Source: Candidatus Bipolaricaulota bacterium
GTDB taxonomy: Bacteria > Bipolaricaulota > Bipolaricaulia > RBG-16-55-9 > DRXL01
Length of the DNA: 64,000 nucleotides
Direction: 5' to 3'
NCBI GenBank assembly: GCA_025060395.1
Contig: JANXCC010000006.1
Span: forward strand, 7,298 to 71,297
Numbering within the stretch: the first letter of the stretch is position 1; each line of letters begins with the position of its first letter. A program made the translations under genes and the position numbers. The notes under the pieces were generated by a model, which saw only the letters and a list, made by a program, of their open reading frames with translations, was not told where the DNA came from and made no database searches. Below, one piece after another: positions 8,629 to 17,172 of this stretch.

Positions 8629-11453
8629 CAGCTTCGACGGAGGAAGGAGAGCACAGCGGGAAGGAAGGAGAGCGTGAAGAAGGTGGTAAAACCAATGCCA
8701 TAAAGCGCGGACTGCCCAAAGACGCGTAATCCTGGGGTTGCGGCAAAGAGCAAGCTCCCAAAGCTGACCATCGTCGTCAAGGCTGACCCTAATATGGGCA
8801 GAGCTGTCTTGCGCCAAGCTCCCCCCACGTTGCGATCTTCCAAAAAGCTATGCAAGAGATAGACCGCGTAATCCACACCGTTGCCGATCAACAGCGACGA
8901 GATGAGGATATTGGCGAAATTAAAGTTGAGCCCTGTCAGCCGCATCGTCCCAAGCATCCATAAGAACCCCAACCCTACGGGAATAATCCCTAAAAGCGCC
9001 CATCGCCAGCTGAGCCCTACCCCCAAGATCACAAGAATGATTAGGGCAGCAAACACCGTCGAAATCTGAAAGTCTCGTTGCATCTTGCGCTCAAGATGGT
9101 CCTGGATCATGCGATAGCCGATGAAATCGTAGCTGAACTCTTGGATCGCTGTGATAAACTCGCGATAGCGTTGGGGATTGTTAAGAGTTGCTCGGTTGAT
9201 ATGGGCGTAGAGGATAAACTCGCGCTCCTGGGTGACGAAGCGCTCCTGGAGGTCTTTAGGGAGCGCTTTCAACAAGCCCTGGACCTGCTGGAGTTCAGCA
9301 ATCTTCTGGAGCAGAGCGCCAAGGCGATCGTTCAGCTCCGCAAGACGAGCACGGAGTTCCTTTAGGCGCGCCTGCATCACTTCGAGGCTCTGAATGCTCA
9401 TCTCAATAGTTTCTAGCTGAACGATCTGCTTGTGGATTTCCGGGGCGACGGTCTCCGTTCCTGCCCCGGTGAGAGCCACCTGATCGAGAATGCGGGTGAG
9501 ATTGCTCTTCAGTCGAGCTAGCTGCACTGCTAGATCTTGCAGTTGCTGGAGTTCTTCGCTGAAGCGCTCGATCTCCGCAGCTGCACGCTGGAGATCGCGT
9601 TCCAGATTCAGCGAAAACCCTTGGAAGAACCGTTGAGCTTCTCCTGGATCGGAGGGTAGAAACATCAACAAGGACAAGACAACGTTCACATGGCCTTGCG
9701 CCTTGAGTTCCTCCAACCCAGCGTTGATCTGGCGCAACTCTTCGAGGGTTGAAGCAAAGAACAAGAAGTACTCAGCCAATCCTGAGGTTCCTACGTCGAA
9801 GTCGCGTCGCTCTATTTGCTGCATGAGCCGACTGGGAAGGTCTTTAGGGGTGAGCTCTTCATCGGCAAACTGGAAGCGGACATGGATCGCTTGAGTCAGC
9901 ATGAAGAGACTGCCCAGGACGGTGAGGAGCACGATGGGCCAGCGAGCCCAGCGCCAGAACGTCTCATGGGAAGGGGTCTCTCGAGGAGCAAGGGGCGGCG
10001 CCACACGAACAGGCGCGCGCAGGCGCCGTCGCAACATAATATGCGAGACGATGATCAACGCGGGTAGAATGAGCAACGTAGCGAAGAGCGCGATAAGCAC
10101 CCCAACTCCTGCGATGATCCCCATCTCGTAGAGTCCGGGGGAACTTGCTACCATCAAGCTGAAGAGCACGAGCGCCGTAGCCAGCGATGCCGTGATCAAG
10201 GCCGAGCCCTTATGTAAGAGCGCGGATTTGAGTGCGGTCTCCAGCCGATGCCCCGCACGACGCTCGGCAAGAAAATGTGCAAGAAAATTGATCCCGTAAT
10301 CTATCCCTAACCCTAAAATCAGAGGGGGCAAAAACGACGTCACTAAGTTTAGCCCATTCACGGCAAACTTCGCCCAGGCTAACGTCCCAAGCAACGCCAG
10401 GAAGAGCACAATCAAAGCCAAGATGGGATAGAAGAGTTGGCGCAAGGTGATGAATAGAACGAGAGCGACACCTACGGCGGAGATAATCGTCGTATTGCGC
10501 ATGTCGACGTTGAGCTGATAATTGATCTCCGCGGCGATGGCGTAAGGCCCGGTGAGCCCCCAGCTGATTCCCTGAGCTTCAAGGTTCAAGGATTGGAGCG
10601 CTTGCTGGACGGAGCGAGTGATGGCGCGGTTGTATTCTAAGCCGCGCTGGGAGCTATAGCGTGGACGCGCTCGCACGAGCAGCTTTGTGCCATCGTGGGA
10701 GAGATAGAGCTCCTGCGGCCATGTCAGGAGCTTGTCGATCGTCTCTGTGATCTCATCCACCGTTTGGAGTAGGTCAGCTACTAACTGATCCGCATCTTCG
10801 ATGAGCCTGGGGGCACGATCGAACTCCTCCTTGACGCGTTGATTAAGATTTTTGAGCTCATCGAAGCGTTTGAACAACTCAAGGGGATTGAGAGCCAGCC
10901 GTCGCCAGTCGAGCTCCCCTAGAAAGATGCGCTCCAAGTTCGTATTAATCTGGGAGTAGATGGTGATGAGTTGTCGTACTGCTGGGACAGACGGTTGAGG
11001 TTGTTCTGTGGGCAAGAGGCTGCGGAGGCGCTCTTGGTATTGGCGTAGCTTCAGGAGTATCTCATCGCGTAGGGAGAGCAACTCATCGCCGCGGCGGGTC
11101 TGGATGTCTTTGATGAAGCTTACCGCTGTGATCTCAGGATTGTGAGCGAGCAACACCTGGGCGATTTGTTCTGCCGCGGCCTTGAGACGCTCGGCATCGC
11201 GTGGGGTATGTTCTGGGTTTTGGAGCATCAAGATAATATCGATAGAATCGCTCTTAGTGATGATCTCCTCGCGCTCTTGGAACTTGGTCAATAAGGGATC
11301 ACCGGGGGGAAGGAGATCCAAGAACGAGCTGCGCACGGGAAGGTTCAGAATATACACGAGGGCAACGCCACTTAAGACTGCGGACACCAGCAACACGAGC
11401 CAAGCCCAGCGGCGCACGAGACGGTAGATCCCATGCAAGAGCGCAGCGCGCAT
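8625..11453 (-). CDS. MMPL/RND-superfamily membrane transporter with a long coiled-coil extracytoplasmic insert
   Basis: Two multi-TM bundles with MMPL-type motifs (LGLGIDYGINFLAHF and IGNGVDYAVYLLHSF). About 270 aa between them are rich in heptad-like repeats (ELRARLAELNDRLGALLQKIAELQQ). Confidence 0.75.
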   Translation of the reverse strand: MRAALLHGIYRLVRRWAWLVLLVSAVLSGVALVYILNLPVRSSFLDLLPPGDPLLTKFQEREEIITKSDSIDIILMLQNPEHTPRDAERLKAAAEQIAQVLLAHNPEITAVSFIKDIQTRRGDELLSLRDEILLKLRQYQERLRSLLPTEQPQPSVPAVRQLITIYSQINTNLERIFLGELDWRRLALNPLELFKRFDELKNLNQRVKEEFDRAPRLIEDADQLVADLLQTVDEITETIDKLLTWPQELYLSHDGTKLLVRARPRYSSQRGLEYNRAITRSVQQALQSLNLEAQGISWGLTGPYAIAAEINYQLNVDMRNTTIISAVGVALVLFITLRQLFYPILALIVLFLALLGTLAWAKFAVNGLNLVTSFLPPLILGLGIDYGINFLAHFLAERRAGHRLETALKSALLHKGSALITASLATALVLFSLMVASSPGLYEMGIIAGVGVLIALFATLLILPALIIVSHIMLRRRLRAPVRVAPPLAPRETPSHETFWRWARWPIVLLTVLGSLFMLTQAIHVRFQFADEELTPKDLPSRLMQQIERRDFDVGTSGLAEYFLFFASTLEELRQINAGLEELKAQGHVNVVLSLLMFLPSDPGEAQRFFQGFSLNLERDLQRAAAEIERFSEELQQLQDLAVQLARLKSNLTRILDQVALTGAGTETVAPEIHKQIVQLETIEMSIQSLEVMQARLKELRARLAELNDRLGALLQKIAELQQVQGLLKALPKDLQERFVTQEREFILYAHINRATLNNPQRYREFITAIQEFSYDFIGYRMIQDHLERKMQRDFQISTVFAALIILVILGVGLSWRWALLGIIPVGLGFLWMLGTMRLTGLNFNFANILISSLLIGNGVDYAVYLLHSFLEDRNVGGAWRKTALPILGSALTTMVSFGSLLFAATPGLRVFGQSALYGIGFTTFFTLSFLPAVLSFLRRSC

Positions 11454-11459
11454 AGGAAG

Positions 11460-12422
11460 TTATGGAGCCGTCGTGGCCTTCTTGAGCTCTTCAGGGCTGG
11501 TCACGTCGATCTTATAGCCCGTGAGCCTTGCAGTCAAGCGTACGTTCTGACCACCTTTGCCAATAGCTAAGGAGAGTTCTGCGTCGGGGACGAGCACGCG
11601 TGCCTCTCTTTTGGCTTCGTCGACCTCGATCTGGAGGACCTTGGCCGGCTCGAGGCTGTTTTTGATGAGCTCGCGCACATCGGAGCTCCAGCGAATGATA
11701 TCGATCTTCTCACCGCCCAGCTCGCGCACGAGCTCCCGGATGCGGCTGCCACCAGCGCCTACACAAGTCCCTACCGGATCGAGCTCAGCCACCAAGGACC
11801 GCACAGCGACTTTAGTGCGCACCCCTGGCTCACGCGCGATCGCTTCGATACGAATGAGCCCTTGCCCGATCTCCGGCACTTGGAGCTCTAGCATCTTCTG
11901 GACGAATTCCTTTGCCGCCCGCGAGACGATGATCCGCGGATCCCCAGAGGTGCGCTCTACCCGCATCAGATAGGCTTTGAGCACCGCGCCGACGCGATAG
12001 CGCTCCCCAGGAATCCGCTCCTCTTCAGGCAACAAGGCCTCGGCTTGCCCCAAATTGATCCAGACGTCGGCCCCGCTAAACCGATGGACGTGCCCACTGA
12101 TAATCTGGCCCACTCGGCTCTGGTAACGCTCCAGGATCTTTTGACGCCGCTTGGCAAGGATCTCGTTGCGAATGGTCTCTTCGGCTTTGCGAGTCGCAAT
12201 GCGCCCAAAGTCCTTCAACTGAATATCTTTGGCTTGGCCGTCTACGATGACGTGAATATCTCCTGAGGTGCGGTCGATCTCGATCTCCAAGCTGGTCACC
12301 GGGCCAAATTGCTCGATATACGCGACGCGCAAGCCCTTCCTCACCGCTTCATAGATGTCCTCGCGCTCGAGCCCCTCTTCCTTAGCCATCTCCTCAAGCG
12401 CCTCAAGGAATTCGACGTTCAC
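11460..12422 (-). CDS. nusA: transcription termination/antitermination factor NusA (short form, no C-terminal AR repeats)
   Basis: N-terminal domain, S1 domain (GQIISGHVHRF) and two KH domains (PVGTCVGAGGSRIREL and LAIGKGGQNVRLTARL). Confidence 0.93.
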   Translation of the reverse strand: MNVEFLEALEEMAKEEGLEREDIYEAVRKGLRVAYIEQFGPVTSLEIEIDRTSGDIHVIVDGQAKDIQLKDFGRIATRKAEETIRNEILAKRRQKILERYQSRVGQIISGHVHRFSGADVWINLGQAEALLPEEERIPGERYRVGAVLKAYLMRVERTSGDPRIIVSRAAKEFVQKMLELQVPEIGQGLIRIEAIAREPGVRTKVAVRSLVAELDPVGTCVGAGGSRIRELVRELGGEKIDIIRWSSDVRELIKNSLEPAKVLQIEVDEAKREARVLVPDAELSLAIGKGGQNVRLTARLTGYKIDVTSPEELKKATTAP

Positions 12423-12454
12423 GCTCGATCACCAAGCTCTTCCGTAGAAGTCAA

Positions 12455-12487
12455 AGCGATTCCTCGCGAGCCTCGCGAGAAATCGCT
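12455..12487 (-). other. 33-nt imperfect palindrome / RNA hairpin in the rimP-nusA spacer
   Basis: agcgattcctcgcgag-c-ctcgcgagaaatcgct forms a 16-bp stem with one mismatch. It contains two copies of the self-complementary ctcgcgag. Confidence 0.4.
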
Positions 12488-12502
12488 GGGATTGTCCACA
12501 GA

Positions 12503-12958
12503 CTAAAGAAACCGGCTCTCGATGACCTGGGCAGAGCGCACCGCTGCAAACGGGATAGGCACTACTGTTCCAGATTCATCTTCGAGCCAAAGCTCATCCT
12601 GAGAGAGCCCCTGCAGCCACCCCTTCATGACCGCAGCGGCATCCCATAATCGTACTTCTATAGGCTTGCCCACAGCCAGCTCATAGTGCCTTCTTGTATA
12701 TAAGGGCCGATCGATTCCGGGCGAGGAGACCTCGAGCTCGTAGCTGTGCTCGATGAGCGCATCGAGAGGCTCCTCGAGGGATCGACTGACGCGCTCGCAG
12801 TCGTCGATAGTCACACCACCGGCGCGCTCAATATAGACCGTGACCTGCCAGCGCGGCCCCGAAGTCTTTATCTCGAGCCAATAGAGCTCTACTCCGTGTT
12901 CCAGGGCAACTTGCTCGGCAAGAGCCTGCACCGCCCCTTCCAGCTGAGAATTCATCAC
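12503..12958 (-). CDS. rimP: ribosome maturation factor RimP
   Basis: 151 aa with the RimP-like LEVSSPGIDRPL motif, located immediately upstream of nusA as in most bacteria. Start is GTG 12958 or ATG 12955. Confidence 0.85.
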   Translation of the reverse strand: MMNSQLEGAVQALAEQVALEHGVELYWLEIKTSGPRWQVTVYIERAGGVTIDDCERVSRSLEEPLDALIEHSYELEVSSPGIDRPLYTRRHYELAVGKPIEVRLWDAAAVMKGWLQGLSQDELWLEDESGTVVPIPFAAVRSAQVIESRFL

Positions 12959-12964
12959 GGTTTG

Positions 12965-12993
12965 ATTATACTCATAAGGCTTTCGCAGTGCAA
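12965..12993 (-). promoter_or_regulatory. putative promoter of rimP-nusA (TTGCAC-N17-TATAAT), with the -10 box 9 nt before the ATG
   Basis: On the minus strand, TTGCAC is at 12993-12988 and TATAAT at 12970-12965. No Shine-Dalgarno precedes ATG 12955, so the mRNA is leaderless or nearly so. Confidence 0.5.
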
Positions 12994-13038
12994 TGAGGGT
13001 GTCGCCCTCAGCCAGCTTAAAGTACTCTAGAGGGAACT

Positions 13039-14052
13039 ATGCGCCGAGTCTTCTCCGTCCCCGCAGAGGCCGCTGGGCAGCGACTAGATCGATGGCTCTT
13101 CACCCAGCTGAACGATCCAACCCTCACGAGATCGCGCCTACAAGAGCTCATTCGAGCCGGAGCGGTCCACCTCAATGGGCAACGAGCACGCCCTGGGCTG
13201 CGCCTGCGCCCGCACGATGTCATCGAGATGGAACTTCCAGAGCGTGTGCTCCCAGAACCGCTTGAGCCGGAGCCGTTTGCCCTCCCTGTGCTCTACGAAG
13301 ACGAGCATATCATTGCGATCAATAAGCCGTCGGGGATGGTTGTCTATCCGGCGGCAGGGCATCCTCACGGCACAGTAATCAATCAGTTAGTGAGCCATTG
13401 TAGTCTGGCAAGCTTTGGGGCCCCGCACCGACCAGGAATTGTCCATCGCCTAGACGAAGGGACAAGTGGGGTCTTGCTCGTCGCTAAGACAGATCTAGCC
13501 TATCTGAAGCTCGTAGAACAATTCAAGAGTCGAGCGATAGAGAAGCGCTATCTTGCTCTCGTCCATGGGTGCATCGCAGAAGATGAGGGCCGTATCGAAG
13601 GCCCTATCGGGCGCGATCCAGTCAACCGGCAGCGCATGAGAATCCTTCCTCAGGGGAAGCCTGCCATCACCGAGTTTCGAGTGCTCAGAAGATTCAGGGA
13701 TACGACGCTCGTAGAGATCCGCCCGCTGACGGGGAGAACCCATCAGATTAGAGTGCACTTCAATGCCATCGGGCACCCAGTCGTGGGCGATGCAGTCTAC
13801 GGGCCTAAAGTCCGGCTCTCTTCCCATGCCAGGGAGAGGTCGCGTCTTATGCTCCACGCGTGGCAATTGCGGCTTGCGCACCCGATCACGGGAGAACGCT
13901 TAGAGCTTGTGGCTCCGCTCCCTCCGGAGTTCCTGGACTTGCTTGAGAGCGATGCTGATATAGTCACCCAGCGCGGCATAGGAGAGTGCGATACCAAGGA
14001 TCAGCACAGCGAGAGCGAAGGAGGCGAAGACCTGGCCGAGTACCGGCTCTAA
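13039..14052 (+). CDS. RluA-family 23S rRNA pseudouridine synthase (RluD-like) with N-terminal S4 domain
   Basis: S4-like N-terminus (QRLDRWL), catalytic HRLDEGTSGVLLVAK, and HQIRVH. The last ~37 aa after PLPPEFLDLLE have no homology feel and overlap the convergent gene. Confidence 0.85.
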   Translation: MRRVFSVPAEAAGQRLDRWLFTQLNDPTLTRSRLQELIRAGAVHLNGQRARPGLRLRPHDVIEMELPERVLPEPLEPEPFALPVLYEDEHIIAINKPSGMVVYPAAGHPHGTVINQLVSHCSLASFGAPHRPGIVHRLDEGTSGVLLVAKTDLAYLKLVEQFKSRAIEKRYLALVHGCIAEDEGRIEGPIGRDPVNRQRMRILPQGKPAITEFRVLRRFRDTTLVEIRPLTGRTHQIRVHFNAIGHPVVGDAVYGPKVRLSSHARERSRLMLHAWQLRLAHPITGERLELVAPLPPEFLDLLESDADIVTQRGIGECDTKDQHSESEGGEDLAEYRL

Positions 14053-14472
14053 TAGAATCCCTACCAAGCCCGCCGAAAGGAGCGTGGAAGAGGTCTTGCC
14101 CAGCACACGAGCCTCAACGATCACCCAGCGGGAGTTCTTCCATCGCAACCAGAGAGCTCCACCGATTAGGGCGGCGGGAGGGAGGGCAAACGCCATCAGA
14201 ATCCACCAGGGCAGACGACCCGTAACAGCAAGAGCTGCGAACAGACTGAGAAAGAGCGCCTTATCAGCTAAGGGATCGAGGATCTTGCCCAGCCCTGTGA
14301 TCTGGCGTCCTGCTCGCGCGAGGGCTCCATCTATAAGATCGCTGGCGAGTACAAGAGCAAGCACTGTATAGAAAAGCCACAGTGGGCCGGAGAAGAAGAG
14401 TATAAGCAAAAACGGGATCGAGATGAGCCGCGAGAGCGTAATGACGTTGGGGAGGGTGAGCACGTCTTTCAT
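13900..14472 (-). CDS. CDP-alcohol phosphatidyltransferase (PgsA-like)
   Basis: Motif DLIDGALARAGRQITGLGKILDPLADK (D-x2-DG-x2-AR...G-x3-D-x3-D), with about five TM helices. Confidence 0.75.
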   Translation of the reverse strand: MKDVLTLPNVITLSRLISIPFLLILFFSGPLWLFYTVLALVLASDLIDGALARAGRQITGLGKILDPLADKALFLSLFAALAVTGRLPWWILMAFALPPAALIGGALWLRWKNSRWVIVEARVLGKTSSTLLSAGLVGILLEPVLGQVFASFALAVLILGIALSYAALGDYISIALKQVQELRRERSHKL

Positions 14473-15035
14473 AGCCCCAACTGCGAGGCAATCCCTTGCA
14501 TCGCCTTGATGACAATGTCTATATGCTCGTCGAGGGGGATGCCAAGTTCCCGCGCGCCCTGCTCGATCTCTTCACGGTTGACGCTGCGAGCGAACGACTT
14601 GTCCTTCCATTTCTTTTTGACGGCTTCGACGTCGACCTCGGCTAAGCTCTTATTAGGGCGTACGAGCGCTGTCGCGACAATAAGCCCAGTCAGCTCATCG
14701 CACGCAAAGAGCGCCTTAGCCATGAGCGATGTCCTTGGGACGCCCGTGTAGGAAGCGTGTCCTAGGATTGCTTGACAGATCTCTTCGGGGACGCCGCGCT
14801 CCCGCAGAATCTGGACCCCGACGGACGGATGCCCTTGCGTCGGATGGCGCTCGTGATTTGGGTACTTCTCGTAGTCAAAATCGTGGAGCAACCCCGCTAA
14901 GCCCCAGCTCTCCTCGTCTTGGCCAAATCTTCTTGCGTAGGCGCGCATCGCCGCCTCGACGGCGAGCATGTGCTTGATCAGATTTTGATTCTTCGTATAC
15001 TCTTGGACAAGTGCGAGCGCTTCCTCGCGCGTCAT
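14469..15035 (-). CDS. HD-domain metal-dependent phosphohydrolase
   Basis: HMLAVE...LLHDFDYEK HD signature. Start chosen at MTREEAL (ATG 15035); the track ORF extends to 15080. Overlaps the downstream gene by 4 nt. Confidence 0.75.
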   Translation of the reverse strand: MTREEALALVQEYTKNQNLIKHMLAVEAAMRAYARRFGQDEESWGLAGLLHDFDYEKYPNHERHPTQGHPSVGVQILRERGVPEEICQAILGHASYTGVPRTSLMAKALFACDELTGLIVATALVRPNKSLAEVDVEAVKKKWKDKSFARSVNREEIEQGARELGIPLDEHIDIVIKAMQGIASQLGL

Positions 15036-15084
15036 AGCTCTCTCTCTTATGTGAGCGTCGTTGGAGTGTATTGTACGCAATGAA

Positions 15085-16089
15085 TCAGGGTTTGTCGAAT
15101 AGGCCCAGTTGTTGAGGTTTGGGTACGGGGCGTTGCCTGAGGGCCTGGGCAGCGCGGCGGCTTATAGTATGCGCTTGCTGAATGGGCTCTGGTAAGAGAC
15201 TATTGCGCGTAAGAGCGCGTCGAGCTAGCTCTATGGCAGTCTCTAAATCGACGCGATGCCCCGGCGAGATGAAGAACGGCTCAGCGTCTTCACTGGGGCG
15301 CAGCGCTGCTCCAGCACGATCTCCTCCAATGCGAATATAGCAAATCTCATGAGGAGCTAGAGTTTTTACGTCTCTTTCAGGCTCGCCGTGCAAGAGCGAT
15401 TTGGTGATCCCAATCGTAGGGATGTCGAGCATCACGCCCAGCTGCGAGGCGATCCCCGCCCGACGGTGATGGAGCGTTCCCGTGCCGTCCACAAACGTTA
15501 TATCTGCTAAAGCGTTTCGATCCTTGAGCTTCTGCAAGAGCGCGAGCATCACGGGGAGTTCGCGAAATGCTAAATAACTAGGAATATACGGAAAGCGCAC
15601 TTCTTGCGCGAGTGTGTGAGCATCGAGCACCCTTAACGAATCAAGCTCTACTCGCACATAGGCGGCGACGCCGTGCGCGTCAGCATACGAGAGATCAACC
15701 CCGCCCACCGTGTGATACTCTGTTCTATCAGGGACTAGACGCATGCGCGCTCGGATCTCGTGCTGGATCTGCTGGAGCTTTTGGAGGGGCTGATCGCTGC
15801 GAAACTCGCGGAAGAGAAACTTATGCAACGAGAGCACACGCCCGTTTTTGATGGGGATGCCCTCAGCGTGGAGGAGCTTTGCTTGCTCTTGGGTGACTGT
15901 GCTGTCAACGCTAATGACGCGATAGCTGGGGCAGTCGTGCTTGTGCTGCGCCAGAATTGATCCCACGGCGCGCGCGGCGATGGGATCGCCCAGCGCAACA
16001 GCGATCTCGCGGAACGTTGCGACTCTGCCCTTGGGGATCTGCGCGACGAGTTCGAGCGTGATCTTCTCAATGTCAGGCAGCTCCAGCAT
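15085..16089 (-). CDS. nfi: fusion protein: alkyltransferase-like (MGMT DNA-binding fold, Cys replaced) N-domain plus endonuclease V
   Basis: N-domain: IPKGRVATFREIAVALGDPIAARAVGSILA...CPSYRVIS (PCHRV becomes PSYRV). C-domain EndoV motifs: GGVDLSYA, FPYIPSYLAFRELP, DGTGTLHHRRAGIASQLGV, IPTIGITKS, FISPGHRV. Confidence 0.85.
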   Translation of the reverse strand: MLELPDIEKITLELVAQIPKGRVATFREIAVALGDPIAARAVGSILAQHKHDCPSYRVISVDSTVTQEQAKLLHAEGIPIKNGRVLSLHKFLFREFRSDQPLQKLQQIQHEIRARMRLVPDRTEYHTVGGVDLSYADAHGVAAYVRVELDSLRVLDAHTLAQEVRFPYIPSYLAFRELPVMLALLQKLKDRNALADITFVDGTGTLHHRRAGIASQLGVMLDIPTIGITKSLLHGEPERDVKTLAPHEICYIRIGGDRAGAALRPSEDAEPFFISPGHRVDLETAIELARRALTRNSLLPEPIQQAHTISRRAAQALRQRPVPKPQQLGLFDKP

Positions 16090-16112
16090 TGGGCGCCTCC
16101 GCGCCCATCATA

Positions 16113-16364
16113 TCACTTCGAGTACTCTTTGAGCAAGAGCGCGATCGCCTCGCGCATAAGCTCAGACTTGTTCGCTTTGCGCCCGGTGCGCTTGCGAATC
16201 TGAAGCTGTAACTCTTCGAGAGCAATCACGTCTTCGGGCGCAAGATAGAATGTTGCTTTCACCAGCCCTGGCTTAGGCTCTTCGGAAGTCGTGGGTTTGT
16301 AAAAATCTCTCATGATCTCGCTCTCTGCAAGCGGATCGTGCGCAATCGAGCGACGAGGTTTCAT
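16113..16364 (-). CDS. small ribbon-helix-helix-like protein (ParA partner candidate)
   Basis: 83 aa. KATFYLAPEDVIALEELQLQIRKRTGRKANKSELMREAIALLL fits a beta-strand plus two-helix RHH pattern. AGGTGA Shine-Dalgarno. Lies 30 nt downstream of parA. Confidence 0.5.
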   Translation of the reverse strand: MKPRRSIAHDPLAESEIMRDFYKPTTSEEPKPGLVKATFYLAPEDVIALEELQLQIRKRTGRKANKSELMREAIALLLKEYSK

Positions 16365-16394
16365 GGATGGATCACCTGCGCTGCACGAGATGTA

Positions 16395-17141
16395 CTAAGA
16401 GGACTCGCTGAGCACGCGCTCGGCTAAGCGCATATAGTCTCGAGCCCCATAAGAGTTAGGATCATACTCAAAGATCGTCTGATGATGGCTGGCAGCCTCA
16501 GCGAGACGAACGTTGGCCCGGATGGGCTCGGTCACTTTGCCATCGAAGTGAAGCTCTAATTTCTCCAAGACTTCGCGGCTCTTGCGGTTGCGCCCATCGT
16601 AGAACGTCGGGATGACAAGCGACACTTCGATAGGATGCTCTAAAATTTCGCGCACCATCTTGAGATTCTCCAAGATCTGCTTGACGCCTACTAAGGCTAA
16701 GTAGTCCATGCTGACGGGGATGAACGCTTCGTCGGCATAGACGACGGCGTTTTGGTTTAAGAGATTCAAGCTAGGCGGGCAGTCGAGCAAGACAAAGTCA
16801 TATCCCGAGAGCTGGGCGAGCTTGCGACTCAAGACGCGCTCGCGCCCCGGCAACCCAGTCAGGATCAGCTCGGCCTGAGCAGCGGTCTTGGTGCTCGGCA
16901 GAATGTCTATATTCTCGCGAACCGAGACAATACACTCGTGCGGAGCGGTCATCTCATCCACAAGCAAATGGTAGAGCGACTTATGCGGGATCACATTGAA
17001 CCATGTAGCCACGTTGCCTTGGGGATCCATGTCGATCAGCAGGACTTTACGATGGTTGAGAGCTAAGGCCGCGGCCAAATTCACAGCTGTTGTCGTCTTA
17101 GCTGTACCCCCCTTCTGATTGATAATCGCGATCTTGCGCAT
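16395..17141 (-). CDS. ParA/Soj-family ATPase
   Basis: Deviant Walker A motif IINQKGGTAKTTTAVNLA and LLIDMDPQGN. Start chosen at MRKIAII (ATG 17141) with GGTGAGAGGA upstream; the 77-codon N-terminal extension in the track ORF has no ParA counterpart. Confidence 0.9.
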   Translation of the reverse strand: MRKIAIINQKGGTAKTTTAVNLAAALALNHRKVLLIDMDPQGNVATWFNVIPHKSLYHLLVDEMTAPHECIVSVRENIDILPSTKTAAQAELILTGLPGRERVLSRKLAQLSGYDFVLLDCPPSLNLLNQNAVVYADEAFIPVSMDYLALVGVKQILENLKMVREILEHPIEVSLVIPTFYDGRNRKSREVLEKLELHFDGKVTEPIRANVRLAEAASHHQTIFEYDPNSYGARDYMRLAERVLSESS

Positions 17142-17172
17142 CCTCTCACCTTCTTGAGTCGTATGACCTGAC

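Noticed and set aside
8261-8761. 166-aa ORF spanning the rny leader and the rny 5' end. It includes a TM-like MRVVIYELVLLLALSLY segment after a TAGGAGG site.
   Set aside because: It runs out of frame through the conserved rny N-terminus and into the MMPL 3' end, and has no recognisable motifs. Only the short upstream-ATG possibility is kept, as part of the rny-leader finding.
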